A DNA stretch of 61,047 nt, the filler included, from Jimgerdemannia flammicorona (lineage: Eukaryota), in assembly GCA_003990765.1 (NCBI GenBank). It is 2 parts of 2 records of this genome, joined end to end, with 100 filler letters (N's around TTAATTAATTAA, not from the genome) between each part and the next. Parts side by side here need not be neighbours in the genome. Positions count along the whole stretch, not along the records: positions 1 to 30,479 come from RBNJ01000442.1; positions 30,580 to 61,047 come from RBNJ01000443.1. One strand, given 5' to 3'. Of this stretch, positions 26,341 to 38,411 are shown one piece after another. Below the pieces are notes generated by a model. That model did no database searches and was not told where the DNA came from. It saw only the letters and a list, made by a program, of their open reading frames with translations. Positions within the stretch are counted from its first letter, which is position 1, and every line of letters begins with the position of its first letter. Made by a program: the position numbers and the translations under genes.

Positions 26341-27800
26341 AAGGTCTCAGAGATATTGCTGGACAAAAGTCTTAAGGTCAAAAGATATGATGAGAGAGAA
26401 AGAGTGGGGTTCAAGAGAGAAAGATAGAGCAGAGACTCATATTCAGAAAAAAGCATACTCATTCATATATTTGAGATACACATTCTCATAAAGCACAAGA
26501 AATATAGAAGTTTTGAAACAACTGGTTAGAAATACGTCTTCCTGGGCTATTTTCAGAATGGCCCTCATCTCAAACTATTTTGCCTAGTCAATCAGAATAC
26601 TCAGAAATTTGGAAATAAAGCAGAAAATAAAACACTATTAGAGAAGTTAAATTTGAGTAAGTTAGTTAATTATACAACTAGTGACTACTTAATAACTAGC
26701 AAAATTCATCACAAATATAAAATTAGTCTTATCTAGCTAGTTAGTTACTTGATTTCCAAAAGTATATTAAATAGTATCTTCTAGTAAATATAAATTATAA
26801 TCAATTACATAGCCTCATATATAGTCTGAAATTTGTATAAATACTCTCTTAACTTATAGTGAATAAACCTCAGTTAGTTTGAGTTTAAAGTAAAAAGAAT
26901 TACAGAGAAATCTACTATCTCTAAAAGATGAAATAATTTTAAGAAATAAGATAACTAGAGCAATGATCCCTCAATATTTGAGCTTGAAGAATTTACTCTT
27001 GCCACCACTATGAGAATAGGATACAAGACTATAGAAAATTATCAAAATCAGAACTCAAGATACAGTTAGTTTGAGTTTGAATTAAAAAGAATTACAGAGA
27101 AACTCACTACCTCTAAGAGACTAGAATTATTCTAAGAAATAAGATAACTAGAGCAATGATCACTCAAGATTTGAGTTGAAGAATTTCTCTTGCTATAGAA
27201 AATAGTCATATTATGAAATTCAAGATACAAGATCAAGACCATTACTAGAAATGATTACCATTAGAATACAAGACTCTGGGAGCTTAAGATACAAGTTAGT
27301 CAGTTAAAACCTCTATAGAAACCTACCAGAAAACATAGAGAACTTATGAAATAATTACCAGGAAACTCAAAAACAACAAAACACTGCTGTAGTTAATAAT
27401 GCTACATCAGAAAATCATCACAAAACTCAAGATATAAGTCAGTTAAGCCACTATGGAAATCAAATATAAGACTCAGGAAACTTGTCAGAAAACTTAGCCA
27501 AGGATACCAGAACAATTGCCAACCTGTCAGAAGACAAAAGAGTACTACCAGGAAACTCAAAGAAATACAAAAATAATTACTGACTTTTTCACTATTTTGA
27601 ATACCTAGTTATATAACCCACAACTTACAATATATGAACTCCAACTCAATACAAGAAATGCAAATAAATTGAATAGCAGTTGAACTAAAAATTGAGCCAG
27701 AACATTATTTGATAAAGATATAAATAGTATATAAATATTCAGTAGCATATTGAGCTGTGCAATTCAACAAATAAGATATATATATCATACACTACACTAG

Positions 27801-28400
27801 TTATATCAGATTTGGTAAGATATACCAACTTATTGTCTAAGATTTCTACTAGTTTAAGATGATAGCTGACATCAAGAACTATATTGTATCTTATAATATT
27901 TGTCAAAGATAAAAGCCTAGTAACCAAGCTCTAGCTAGAATGCTATAGCTACTACTAATTTTCACCCAAAATTGAGACTATATTAAAATGGACTTTATTG
28001 TCTAACTACTAAAAATGAAGAAGAAAAGAGATGTAATTATTGTCTTTATTAATTACTTCAATAAGTAGACTTATTTTGTTACAATAATCACTACTGTAAT
28101 AGCTTCAGAAATAGTATAATTGTTTAATAACAATATGTTCTATCTTCATGAGTTATTATCAGCAATTATCTCTAACAGAAATACAAAATTCACAAATAAC
28201 TTCTAGCAGATACTTTTCAAAGAACTAGGAGTACAACTTAAGATATCTACTGCCTATCATCTATAGATAGATGATTAAACAGAATGAACCAATTGAACTC
28301 TAAAGTTGATGCTTCTACTATAGCTATAAGTAGAATGATTAGAACAAAAAACTGACCTTAGTCAAATTTATATATAATAAAGTATTCTTATACTGGTATA
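27801..28400 (+). pseudogene. Family A integrase core, degenerate
   Basis: MDFIV*L; IISNRNTKFT (SDRD.KF); LKISTAYHL*.D..TE. Confidence 0.8.
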
Positions 28401-28924
28401 ATTTTAGAGATATTTTATAGTATTGAAGTATAGAAATGAGATATATATAACTAATTTTAAATGTTCAAAATTCCTAAATATTCAATATAAGACCAAATGA
28501 TTAAAAGTGGGATCTGAATATTAGCTAAGAACCAAGTGGCTGGGTTTGGCTAATATAGAAGCCTACACTTTCAGAGCCTATCATTTATATAAAAAAAAGG
28601 GATCAGGTCTTTATTACATTATCATTAGAGAGGGTGGGAGGGGTACAAAACAGATTATAAGTATAAATATCTAGTTGTAATTACTGGTATCATTGAAGGA
28701 GAAGAGTGATAAGGTATTTTATTATAGGTCAGTTTTAAATCTATAGCTTACCAACTATTATTACTTAGCACTAGTGTATAACTGAAACTGACCTTAAACT
28801 ACTGAGTACTGAAACTTCAGAGATACTGAAACTATACTAACTAATATATTACTGTTCAAGAGTTATATAGTTTCAGCCACTTTACTGAAGTTTGAATTAT
28901 ATTCATAACTCTATTAACAGTAGT

Positions 28925-29717
28925 GCTCTGAATGGATTAAATTGATCTTGATGAGATTTGATTCAGATTCATCATATGATGGATTTGAATCAACTCAGAT
29001 TGGTCTCATGATCTGATCCAGATTGATCTGAATTGATCTATCCAGATTGATCTATACAGATTGATCACACAAAATCTTTTATAACATCACCCTTTCTTTT
29101 GTTCATTTTTTGCTTTACTGTACTTTAGTAACATCACTCTTTCTTTTATTCATTTTTCACTCTGCTGCACTTTGGTGATATTACCCTTTCTTTTATTCCC
29201 TCTCTTCTTTTATTCTTTCTTTATTCTTTTTCTTTGTTCTTTTTCTTTCTTGCTACATTATGAGCAAACAAAACAACAGCTCTTAATCATACATTGGTCC
29301 AGTCTATTCATTTTTTTTTACCCTGTAATAATTGTTAAAAGAGGGAATATTCAAGATGGAAATATACTCTCTGCTGACAATATTAGATTCTTTCTCATAT
29401 GGGCAGCACACAAGCTGCTCATCAAGAACTAAAGAGGTGATGGTGGTGGTGATGACAGTGGCAATAGTGGTGGCAATGGCAGGGATGAGGGAGAATTCCA
29501 GTAACAACTTACAGTGGCCCTTCAGATCTTAGAATTCACAGACCTCACAGCTATGTATGTAGTAGTCTTTTTGGAGCAGCCAATAGTAGATATAGATTGC
29601 TCATTCTGCTGCTACTTATTTACTTGTATTTACTTTTTTAATTTCTCCCAGTATGACCCAATTTACCTCATACTTTTCTTAGAGTCCACAGCTCTACAGT
29701 GAGATCTGCCAACTTTA
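28925..29717 (+). repeat. Dispersed repeat; inverted homologue at 36279-36912
   Basis: CTCTACAGTGAGATCTGCCAACTTT matches the reverse complement of AAAGTTAGCAGATCTCACTGTAGAG; shared GATC-rich block. Confidence 0.8.
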
Positions 29718-30479
29718 TTTGCAACATCTGGTCAAGATGAAGAAAGGCTGGCAGATATTGCAGGACATACCTTTGGTGGCTGAGCTATTGAGTCAATACA
29801 TTACATGGTGGAGGTCTCAAAAGAAACAGAAGCAAGCCTTCATGAGTAATCTTGTACATATAACTCATGCAACTCATCAGAATACAACTCACTCACTCAT
29901 GCTCTTTTTCTGAAATACCCATCTCTATGTTTTATTTAACTTTATTTTTATGTAGTCTCCTCTAAAAACACCTACATAATACCTGCACACAACCTGTCTA
30001 CACACAACCTATCTGTATGTAATCTGTCTATATATAACCTGTCTACATGCAACCCATCCACACACAACCCATCTACATACTTATCTTGACCTCTCAGATC
30101 AGAGCTCAGTTCTATTGGAAAGGAGAGTTCAAAGTTATCTGAGTTCAACCACATCTGGCATCTGATTAAATAGAGAAATTCAAGGGCAAGATATTTAGTA
30201 TAAGCAGTACTAGCATCATTATCAAGGCTTGGGAGTCTATATTCAAATCAGAGCTAATTGTTCTTGACCAAGAAGTCCATTGGCCAGCAGGAGTAATCAA
30301 CAATGAAGAGAACTATATTATTATTAACAATCATAGAGAGGTGGTTGCAATGGTGGTAAGAAACCTCTATGGTGATGAGCTTCACTACTACATAAATGAG
30401 ATTTGTGAGGATTGTGTCAAATACCAGGTAGCAGGAAAGAGGGGGTGAAAAAAGCAAGGAGGGGGGGTTTGGACAAAAA

Positions 30480-30579
30480 NNNNNNNNNNNNNNNNNNNNN
30501 NNNNNNNNNNNNNNNNNNNNNNNTTAATTAATTAANNNNNNNNNNNNNNNNNNNNNNNNNNNNNNNNNNNNNNNNNNNN
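30480..30579. other. Artificial contig/scaffold linker (44 N + TTAATTAATTAA + 44 N)
   Basis: Symmetric 100-nt spacer with a six-frame stop 12-mer. Confidence 0.9.
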
Positions 30580-33500
30580 CATAGATCTTTACTACCAAGC
30601 TGCGCCATTGTCCCCCCTGAGGACCCCAACCCACCCACCATCCAGTCAGCAGATCCCCCAACAGCCCCTCCCATCTTAACACCTTCTCCTGTAGCCCCAA
30701 CCACCACTCCTCCTCAGTTACAAAAAGCCAATGTCCTGCCAGGCCCACCCATACTGCTAATACCCACCCTACAGTGAGCCACCGATTGCCAACACCACCT
30801 ACAAGCCTAGATTCTAAATCTTCCCAGCGACCTCTCTCCCCATCTGGCCTCCTTTCAACCCCCAGCCGGTCCCCAATAGCTATCCAAAAGTCCCCCAACA
30901 CCTCACATTCCCCCAGCCAATGTTCCAGCATTTGTACAAATCCCCCAGCCTGCCCAATATCATAGCACTCCTCACAATCCAGCTGACCACCATCCACCAG
31001 ATGCCCAGAATGGAAGTTCAACATAACATTCCTCTGCAACATCCACCACCACACAACCCAAAATTTGGGAGGAAGCCATCACCGTACCTCGGTACTCCAA
31101 GACCAGATCCCTGCCCAATCCCACTCCTCACCAATCCTCACCACCTGCCAACTGCTCGGCCAAAGATCCTGGCCCATTCGCCGCTGACACTCCACTCTAT
31201 CTCCAATGTCAAACTCAGTGAGTGGAACTCCCCCTAGAAGCAGACAGTCCCATCTCCACATAGCCGGACCCCATGCCACCTCTCCCATCCGGTGCGCTCC
31301 ATCGACCACTCCTCACCAAAAGCCCCTATACTGTAACTGTCGGCTTCCGTTCAGACCTACCAAAGAGAGTAGATCAACGGAGGACCCCTGGGGGGAGACT
31401 CTCCTCTCCCACACCTTCTTCATCAATGGTACCCAACCCCACCCTGTAGCTTGACAGCCCTTCTCAACCACCAAGCTCGCAAGCAGTGTAGGCGCTTAGG
31501 GAAATCAACAAGGCCCAGGCCTCCCCTAAGCACTGGCTCGACAAGGGTATCCCAACTGATCTGGGCCCTTCTACCCACCCAAATCCAATCCCTAGCCAGT
31601 TTCTTCAACTGCTTCACTACCCAAGCAGGAAGGTTCAAGTGATACACCACATACCACAGCTTGGGGAACCAATATACATTCAGAATCGCTACCCACCCAG
31701 CCAGGGAGATGTGATGACCCCCCCAACTTTTCAGAGCCTCCCCCCAAATATCCACCCTCCTCTCCCACCATGCCCATGGCAGGACAGAACCATATACAGA
31801 GAGGAAGATACCGAGATACCGCACCACCTCTCCCTTGGGGACAATTGTTCCAATGACATCCCCTCCCACCAGTCCATTCTCCAGCACCATCGTCTCACAC
31901 TTATGCCAGTTGAGCTTTGCCCCAGAGTGTGTCTCATACCACTCCACTGTTTCCTGTAGAGCCTCGTCATCCACTACTGATCCAAGTCCAACAACCATGT
32001 CATCCGCAAAGGCCCCCACCTTCCACTCCACATTATACACCAAGAGTCCAGCCACCCTCCTACGGATCCTATCCATCAAAGGTTCCAAAGAGAGTGCATA
32101 AAGAATAGGAGACAGCGGGTCCCCTTGAGGGACTCCTCTCCCCAAGGGAAATGCCAAACCCCTGTGGCCATTACACATCAGTGCCACTCGACTCCCTTCC
32201 AACAAACTCAACATAGAGGCCCGAAACTGTGGCGGAACCCCAATTCTGTCCAGCACCTTGCCCAGCCAAACCTGCCGAACCCGGTCATAGGCCTTCTCCT
32301 GGTCCAGAAAAACCAGTCTACCATCCAATCCACAGGCCTGGGCTCCCTCAATAATGCCATGTACCCAGGCGGTACCATCTCTGATAAGTCTACCTCCTAC
32401 AAAGCCCTGCTGCTCCTCACCTAACACCTGTTGAGCAACCTTCTGTAGCCTCGCAACAATCACCTTAGTCACCAACTTCCGATCCATATCCAGAAGCATG
32501 ATTGGCCTCCAGTTTTTCCAATCCTCTCGCCTGCCCTTTTCTTTGTACAATAGGGCCACCAGCCCTAAGTCCTGCTCTCCAATCCACACGCCATTTAGAA
32601 GAACATAGTCACAGAGAGCAGCCATCTCTCCCAGCATTCCAGGGACTTTTGCCATCTTTTTCCAGAAGTCCCACGGTAACCCATCCTCCCCTGGAGCTGT
32701 CCCAAGTTTAGTCACTGCCAGAACTCCTTGGACCTCCTCCTCCTGGACTGGTAAGATCAAGTCCCCTAGACCTTCTACTAGTGGCGGCTCCCACTCCTCC
32801 AGTGTGTCCCCAATCACCTTGGCATCAGTACCCCCTTCCTCCTCACTCCACAGACCTCGCCAATTCTCCTTCAATACTCCCAGGATCTGCTGCATACCAT
32901 GTACCAACTCTCCCTCAGCATCCAAGACCCCATCCCACTGGTGTCTCACCCGCCTGGCTTTGAGGAGCCTAGACAATTACCTAGTAGGTCGCTCACCCTC
33001 CTCAAGCCCCTGCCACCTCAGCCTCGCTACCATCCCTCGCATATGAGTCTCCTCCTCCTCTCTCAACACCTGTTGCAGTTCTGCAACTTCCAATTTCGCC
33101 CTTTCCAACCTCCAGTCCTCCACCCCATCTGACATAAGCAAATCTGCCCACTCCAACTACAATCCCTTCAGCCGATTGGAAGCAAACTATGTTCTCCTCC
33201 TCCTCTGTCTACTAGCCTCTCTCCCAGCTCCACCCCAATAGACCCTTGCAGCCTCTTTCAACCTCATCCAACAGACACCCACAGACAAACCCTCCTGCCT
33301 CCAGAGCAGAACCTTTGTCTGGATGTCCTCCACCCATGAATCCTACAACTTCTTCTCATCTAGCAGGGAGGAGTTAAGACGCCAATGTCCGGGTCCGTCA
33401 CCACTCCCCCCAAACTGCCCCTGCCCAAACAGTCCCCAGTGGTCAGACCATGGGCACCACACTACCTCCAGAGACTTCCAGACATCAGCACCCCAGCATT

Positions 33501-34118
33501 CAGCTGTCAGTGCCCAATCAATCCTTGTTCCCAGGCCATTCACCCAGTATGTATAGACCCTGGAGTCGCCCCACCACGTTCGGCCCATATCCCCTAAGGA
33601 GCTAAGGTTTTCCACCTCCTCCCATACATCCAGACCTCCACTCCTCCCCCTGGCATTCCTCTCTCCATCAGTTAGATCCAGCTGCAGATCCCGAACCATG
33701 TTAAAATCACCACCAAGAACATTGACCCCTTCCTCCAAAAGAACGCCCTCCTCCAGTAGTATCTTAATCCACGCAATCCTCTCTCCCCTAGCTGCCGGAC
33801 AGTAGCAAGAGCCCACCCTCACTGATTCCCACCCTGGCCGGTGCCATTCGCCTCAGACCAAGCGATCTCCCCAGCTCTTGATTCCCTCCAAATCTCCTCT
33901 CCCCTTCTTTACCAGAATCGCCACCTTGCCAAACCAAGCGGTAGCCCCCCCCCATTCCATAGTCCATTCTACCCGATCATCCTCATCCTCACACCATACA
34001 TCCTGCAGTAAAAAGAGATCAGCCTCCAATCCCTTTAGCCATGTAAAAATGTTCTTATGCCGCCCTTTCCCCGAAGTCCATTCACATTGAGAGAGAAAAT
34101 GTTAGTTGTACTGTTCAT
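30580..34118 (-). pseudogene. LINE ORF2: APE endonuclease, reverse transcriptase, C-terminal CCHC
   Basis: SLNVNGL, GGDFN, TRIDW, SDH; PGEDG, WRPIMLL, DQEKAYDRV, GVPQGDPLSP, FADD; CEEC..H..GEC; frameshifts and stops. Confidence 0.93.
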
Positions 34119-34149
34119 GAGAAATATTGTTAAAGATAAAATATCTCCT

Positions 34150-36160
34150 CTACAAATCCTCATCCAAGCCCTCCTGTGCCACATCTAAGATGTGTTCCGC
34201 AGCCAGTTCCTTCTTCTCAGCTTCCTGTGCCTCCAACCCCTCCAGAAGTGCAACCATTGCCCCATCCTCTTTCTCCTCAAAATCCTCCCAATACTCCCCA
34301 CAGGCCTCCTGCCAGAACTGCAAACCATGACATTCCGCCCAACAGTAGGCCGCCCACTCACCAGCGACAACCACCAACTCTGCCTTCCTCACCTCATCTA
34401 CCTCATAACCCTCCTCTTCCAGTAGGATCGCAAGAATCTCCCCCTTCAGCGCTCCCTCCACTCCATTACCTCGCAGCAGCCGTGCCCAATGCTCCTCCAG
34501 CATGGCCCTCAGATCCACTTCCCCCAACACCTCCACTACAAGGTTGTCCATCACCTTGCTCATCCACAACAGATTCCCAATCTCCTTCCCTCCAGGGGTC
34601 CCTGGCCGCCCTGCATCCAGCATCGTAGTATCAGCACCCACACTGGCATCCTCATTCCACTCCTCCTCCGGGACATCCACCAGCTCGTCCTCACCCACCG
34701 CTATCACCTGGCCCCCTTTCGCTACATTGGGGACCCCAAAAGTAACTCATTGGGTCCCCTGCATCGGTACATCTTCTGCTTCTCCTCACTGCCCCATCGG
34801 GCCCCTCCTGATAAGAGGGGGGGGGGTGCCATCTGACTCCTCCTCCCAAACCTCGAAAGTACCATCAGCATAGGGATCCCTGCCCAGCACCTTCGCAGCC
34901 CATTCCTCTGGCACCACTGCCTCCTTTCCTCCTTTGCCAGCCCATACACTGGCTTGGACGCCTCCAGCCTCCTCAGTCCCAACTGCCTTCCTCTTCTCCT
35001 CTCCTGTCATACTTGCCAAGAGCTCCCTCTGCCTCAAGCACCCCTGGGCCCACTCCCACTGCTTCTTGTCAGTACAGATATGCTTTCCATCCACAATCTC
35101 CAGGTGCGTCAACTCCTCATAGAGCTTCCAAGCCTTCGCCTGCTGTTCCACCACACCACTCATCTCCTCCAATGCTTCCAACAGATCCTCCTCCTCCTCC
35201 TCACTCCCCTTCACCCTCGACACCTTGCAGATAAATGCTCCCCACATCAGCACTGAGGGCCAATTGCCTGCCTTCCCTGTGGCCTCCCTTCCTGCCAGCC
35301 GAATCTGGACATCAACATCACCTGTCCTAATCGTCGTCCCCTCCCACACCTGGAAGCCAACATCTACCACATCTCCATACTCCCCCATCACCTCCTCTAC
35401 CCTTCTCCTCATCTCCTCCTTCATCACTGTGGGCACCCCCTTCACCTGCAGCTGCACCACCCTGGGGTCCCACCTCAAACAGCGTACCATGGGGACCACC
35501 ACCTCCTCAACTGCCACTCCAACCCTCAGCGCCTCCTCCAGTGGGCCCACCTCCTCAAAGCCCACCTCAACTCCCTCTAGACCCTTCAGGAATTTAACCA
35601 AAGCCACCCCAGCCACCTGCTTCGAGATAAGCCCCAAAACCATCCTCGCCGTCACTGCCAAGCCCCGGAAGCACAAGGTGACCACGAACTCCAAGATCGA
35701 CTTCTTGAGTAACAGGGCCACCGCCAGCCCTGTCATACCATCCGCCAGGTCCCCCTTCCGCATTGGGAGCCCCTGCCCCCCCTGGCCATCAGCCATCACA
35801 TCTCTTTTTTTTTCCTGATTAACCGTCATGCCACCATCAGCAGTCCCGCCACTACCCCCAGCAGCCGCTCCACTCCCACCCCCTCCCCCTGGCGAAGACC
35901 CAGCTCCCACAGCAGCTCCGTCCTTCTGCTTCCCCTTCCCTCCTGCCTGACCACCTCGGGATCCTGCAGGCCAACCCCCAGACCTCAGCGTGTCCGCAAA
36001 GCTCCTCCCCTACTGCCCTCCAGCCCCCCCTCCAGATCCACTTCCACTCCCCAAGCTGTCCTGTCCACCTGAGCCCCCGAAAGACCCCATCCCCAGTCCA
36101 TACCCTCTCCCGACATGCTGCCAGTTGAAGGCCCCAGGTCCCCCTGACCTAGTACACATG
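34150..36160 (-). pseudogene. LINE ORF1 (Gly-rich N-terminus, RRM-like region, acidic C-terminus), disrupted
   Basis: ORFs 36010-36204, 34786-35910 and 34150-34707 in series upstream of ORF2. Confidence 0.75.
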
Positions 36161-36278
36161 TTGGCTCGCTTGCTGGTCGATATTTCCTTAGTATCTTTCT
36201 CCAATAAACGACTTGAAAGTGTGTTGTAAAGTGTGTGTAACGTGAATTGTAGCGGAGAAAGATGCTGTATTCATTGAA

Positions 36279-36912
36279 AAGTTAGCAGATCTCACTGTAG
36301 AGCTGTGGACCCTAAGAAAAAGTGAAACAGTATAAAATGAACTTAGTCATATTGTGGGAATTTAAATATAATTGCACAAAACCAACCTATATATATTATT
36401 GGCTACTCTAAAAAGACTGCTGTATATATAGCTATAAGGTCTATGAATTCTAAGATCTGATGGATTGCTTTGAGTTGTTACTAGAATTCTCTCTCATTCT
36501 CATCACTATTGCTATAACCATCATTATTGATACTTTGGCTCTTAATGGCAGCTTATATACTGCCCATATGAGAAAGAATTTAATATTATCAGCAGAGAGT
36601 GCTTTTTTATCTTGAATATTTTCTCTTTTGATAATCATTAGATAAAAAAATAAATAGACCTATATATGATTAAGAACTGCTATTTATTTGTTCATGATGT
36701 GATAGGAAAAACAAAAAAGAACATTAGAGAGAGAGAATAAAGAAAGAATGATATCACCAAAGATACAGAAAGAGTGACATTACTAAAGATTTTAAGTGAT
36801 CCAGATTAATCTAGATCAATCTAAATCAGATCATGAGACCAATTCAAGTTGATTTGAATCCATAATATGATAAATCTGAATCAAATCTCATTCAGATTAA
36901 TTGAATCTATTT
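36279..36912 (-). repeat. Inverted homologue of 28925-29717
   Basis: Collinear reverse-complement similarity. Confidence 0.8.
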
Positions 36913-37273
36913 GGAGGCTTATATCAACTTAATAATAATATCTTTCAGTAGTTTATAGTTTACTTCAAACTTATATATAGCTGCTCAAATTAGTTTATTT
37001 ACTTATAAATATACACTCTATATTTACTACTTGTATATTTTTCCAGTTTTTCAAAAAAAGAAATATAATAAATACCTGGAAACTGATGATATTGATATAT
37101 TATTCTTTTTAAAAGAAGCTGAAACATACTCTCTGATCTTTATTATATATATAGTTATATATATATATAGTTCTAAATCTTCCATAACCAAAATGGCATT
37201 TTTATATAAAATCTCCAAATCCAATATTACTCTCTTTTTATAATATAAAAACCAAACAACTTATTCTCCTTTT

Positions 37274-37274
<1 letters not shown>

Positions 37275-37334
<60 letters not shown>
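37275..37334 (+). repeat. Poly(A) tract (~60 nt)
   Basis: Homopolymer run. Confidence 0.9.
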
Positions 37335-37338
<4 letters not shown>

Positions 37339-37445
37339 AATAATGATGATAAATATAATTATAAGAGGATAAGAACCAGAAGTAAGATAGGAAGCCAAGT
37401 AGTATCAAGTGATATAGCTATAAAATTAGGCTTCACTCTAAGTAT

Positions 37446-37912
37446 TGTAACATAGCAGATGCTTACTCTTGAAAGTATGTCGGATTTCTGTATCTTGAAA
37501 ACTTGACCATTCTGACTCTCGCAGAGTCTCTTGAAGTTGTAGGGGAGGGTGGGTGAGTTCAAAGTATATCTGCCCACAGGCTTACTAGTTCCTTTGCTAT
37601 CTCTTTGCTTTGAACTATTTCAATCTGAGGTTTATTCACTTGAAGATGCTGGGTTATTTATACAAGTTTGCTAGCTATGAGATGGCTACTGAGTTATGCA
37701 GCTAAGTTATGAGTCATTTAGACAATGTCTAGAAATTTAGACAATGTCGAAATGCTATACTAAATCAGGGTGTTCAATTTGGATAATGTCTAAGAATTTA
37801 GACAATGTCGAAATCAAAGACTGCTAACTATAAGGCTATACTACTTTGGGACTGGGTGCGATCAAGTGTCTATTCCCTATTTCCTTCTTCCAAATTTGGC
37901 TGTACCATCACA
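37446..37912 (-). repeat. 3' LTR, family B
   Basis: Direct repeat of 43689-44155; PPT adjacent at 37913-37925. Confidence 0.95.
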
Positions 37913-37949
37913 ACTTCCTCCTGAATAGATGGTCTCATCCCTGGGGCAT

Positions 37950-38411
37950 CTATTTAAACTCCCAGGCTTCAACCATCTGTATGGTCTTGTACTGTGCAAT
38001 TTGCTGTATGACTGTTTCCCAATGATGTCTCCTCACTTTCTCAAAGTTGGTGAGGGTTACTCCTCTCAGGTAGTCTATTGCTGGTTCATCTTCTCGGAAT
38101 AACTTGTGGATCCTTTTGGCAATGGTGATCTGTGAGTGGGAGAGTTGACACTCGGCAATCCAGTCCTCCTTGATCTTTGCTGGATCCTGATTGAGCACCT
38201 GCCCAAGCTTGAAGTACTCTTGGAATTCTGCCCAATATTGATAGGCTCTAAAGTGCGAGATCTGAGAGGGATGAGTCTGTACAATACTCTGAATATCTTC
38301 ATAGTATGTCTCTATGGTTGGAAGCTCGGTGGTGTGCCATTGTCTTTTGATGGCTCTTTGGGCAGCACTAGTGATCTTGAGTGCCATCAAAGTACTTTTG
38401 TTACTGGCCAT
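37950..38411 (-). CDS. ORF3 accessory protein of family B (153 aa, intact)
   Basis: Open ATG-to-stop ORF between integrase and PPT; ATG overlaps the last pol codons (TATGGCCAGTAA). Confidence 0.8.
   Translation of the reverse strand: MASNKSTLMALKITSAAQRAIKRQWHTTELPTIETYYEDIQSIVQTHPSQISHFRAYQYWAEFQEYFKLGQVLNQDPAKIKEDWIAECQLSHSQITIAKRIHKLFREDEPAIDYLRGVTLTNFEKVRRHHWETVIQQIAQYKTIQMVEAWEFK

Larger units (their letters stand above)
23678..26644 (-). mobile_element. PIF/Harbinger DNA transposon remnant
   Basis: TIR GAGTATCTCTAATAGTGTTTTATTTTCT after TAA; matching AGAAAATAAAACACTATTAGAGA at the right end; internal Harbinger transposase. Confidence 0.85.
22485..27796 (+). mobile_element. Solo LTR of Ty3 family D (~2.3 kb without the Harbinger insert), inserted in family A integrase
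   Basis: Homologous to 47989-49876; TATAAC (decayed TGTGAC)...ACTACA ends; 4-bp TSD CTAG at 22481-22484 and 27797-27800; flanks rejoin the AGH.G..KT integrase motif. Confidence 0.8.
30580..36265 (-). mobile_element. L1/Tx1-like non-LTR retrotransposon, 5'-complete, 3' end lost in the gap
   Basis: ORF1 plus APE-RT-zinc finger ORF2; 5' end CATCTTTCTCCG shared with 60663. Confidence 0.92.

Noticed and set aside
29985..30080. 15-bp ACACAACCTRTCTR repeats and their short ORF
   Set aside because: Short microsatellite-like run; no coding evidence
30524..30535. TTAATTAATTAA island as a biological site
   Set aside because: Synthetic six-frame-stop linker centred in 100 nt of N padding
30774..36229. 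Many plus-strand Pro/Ser-rich ORFs
   Set aside because: Antisense shadows of the G-rich LINE coding strand
37950..38411. env gene call for ORF3
   Set aside because: Too short; no signal peptide, furin site or TM segment visible
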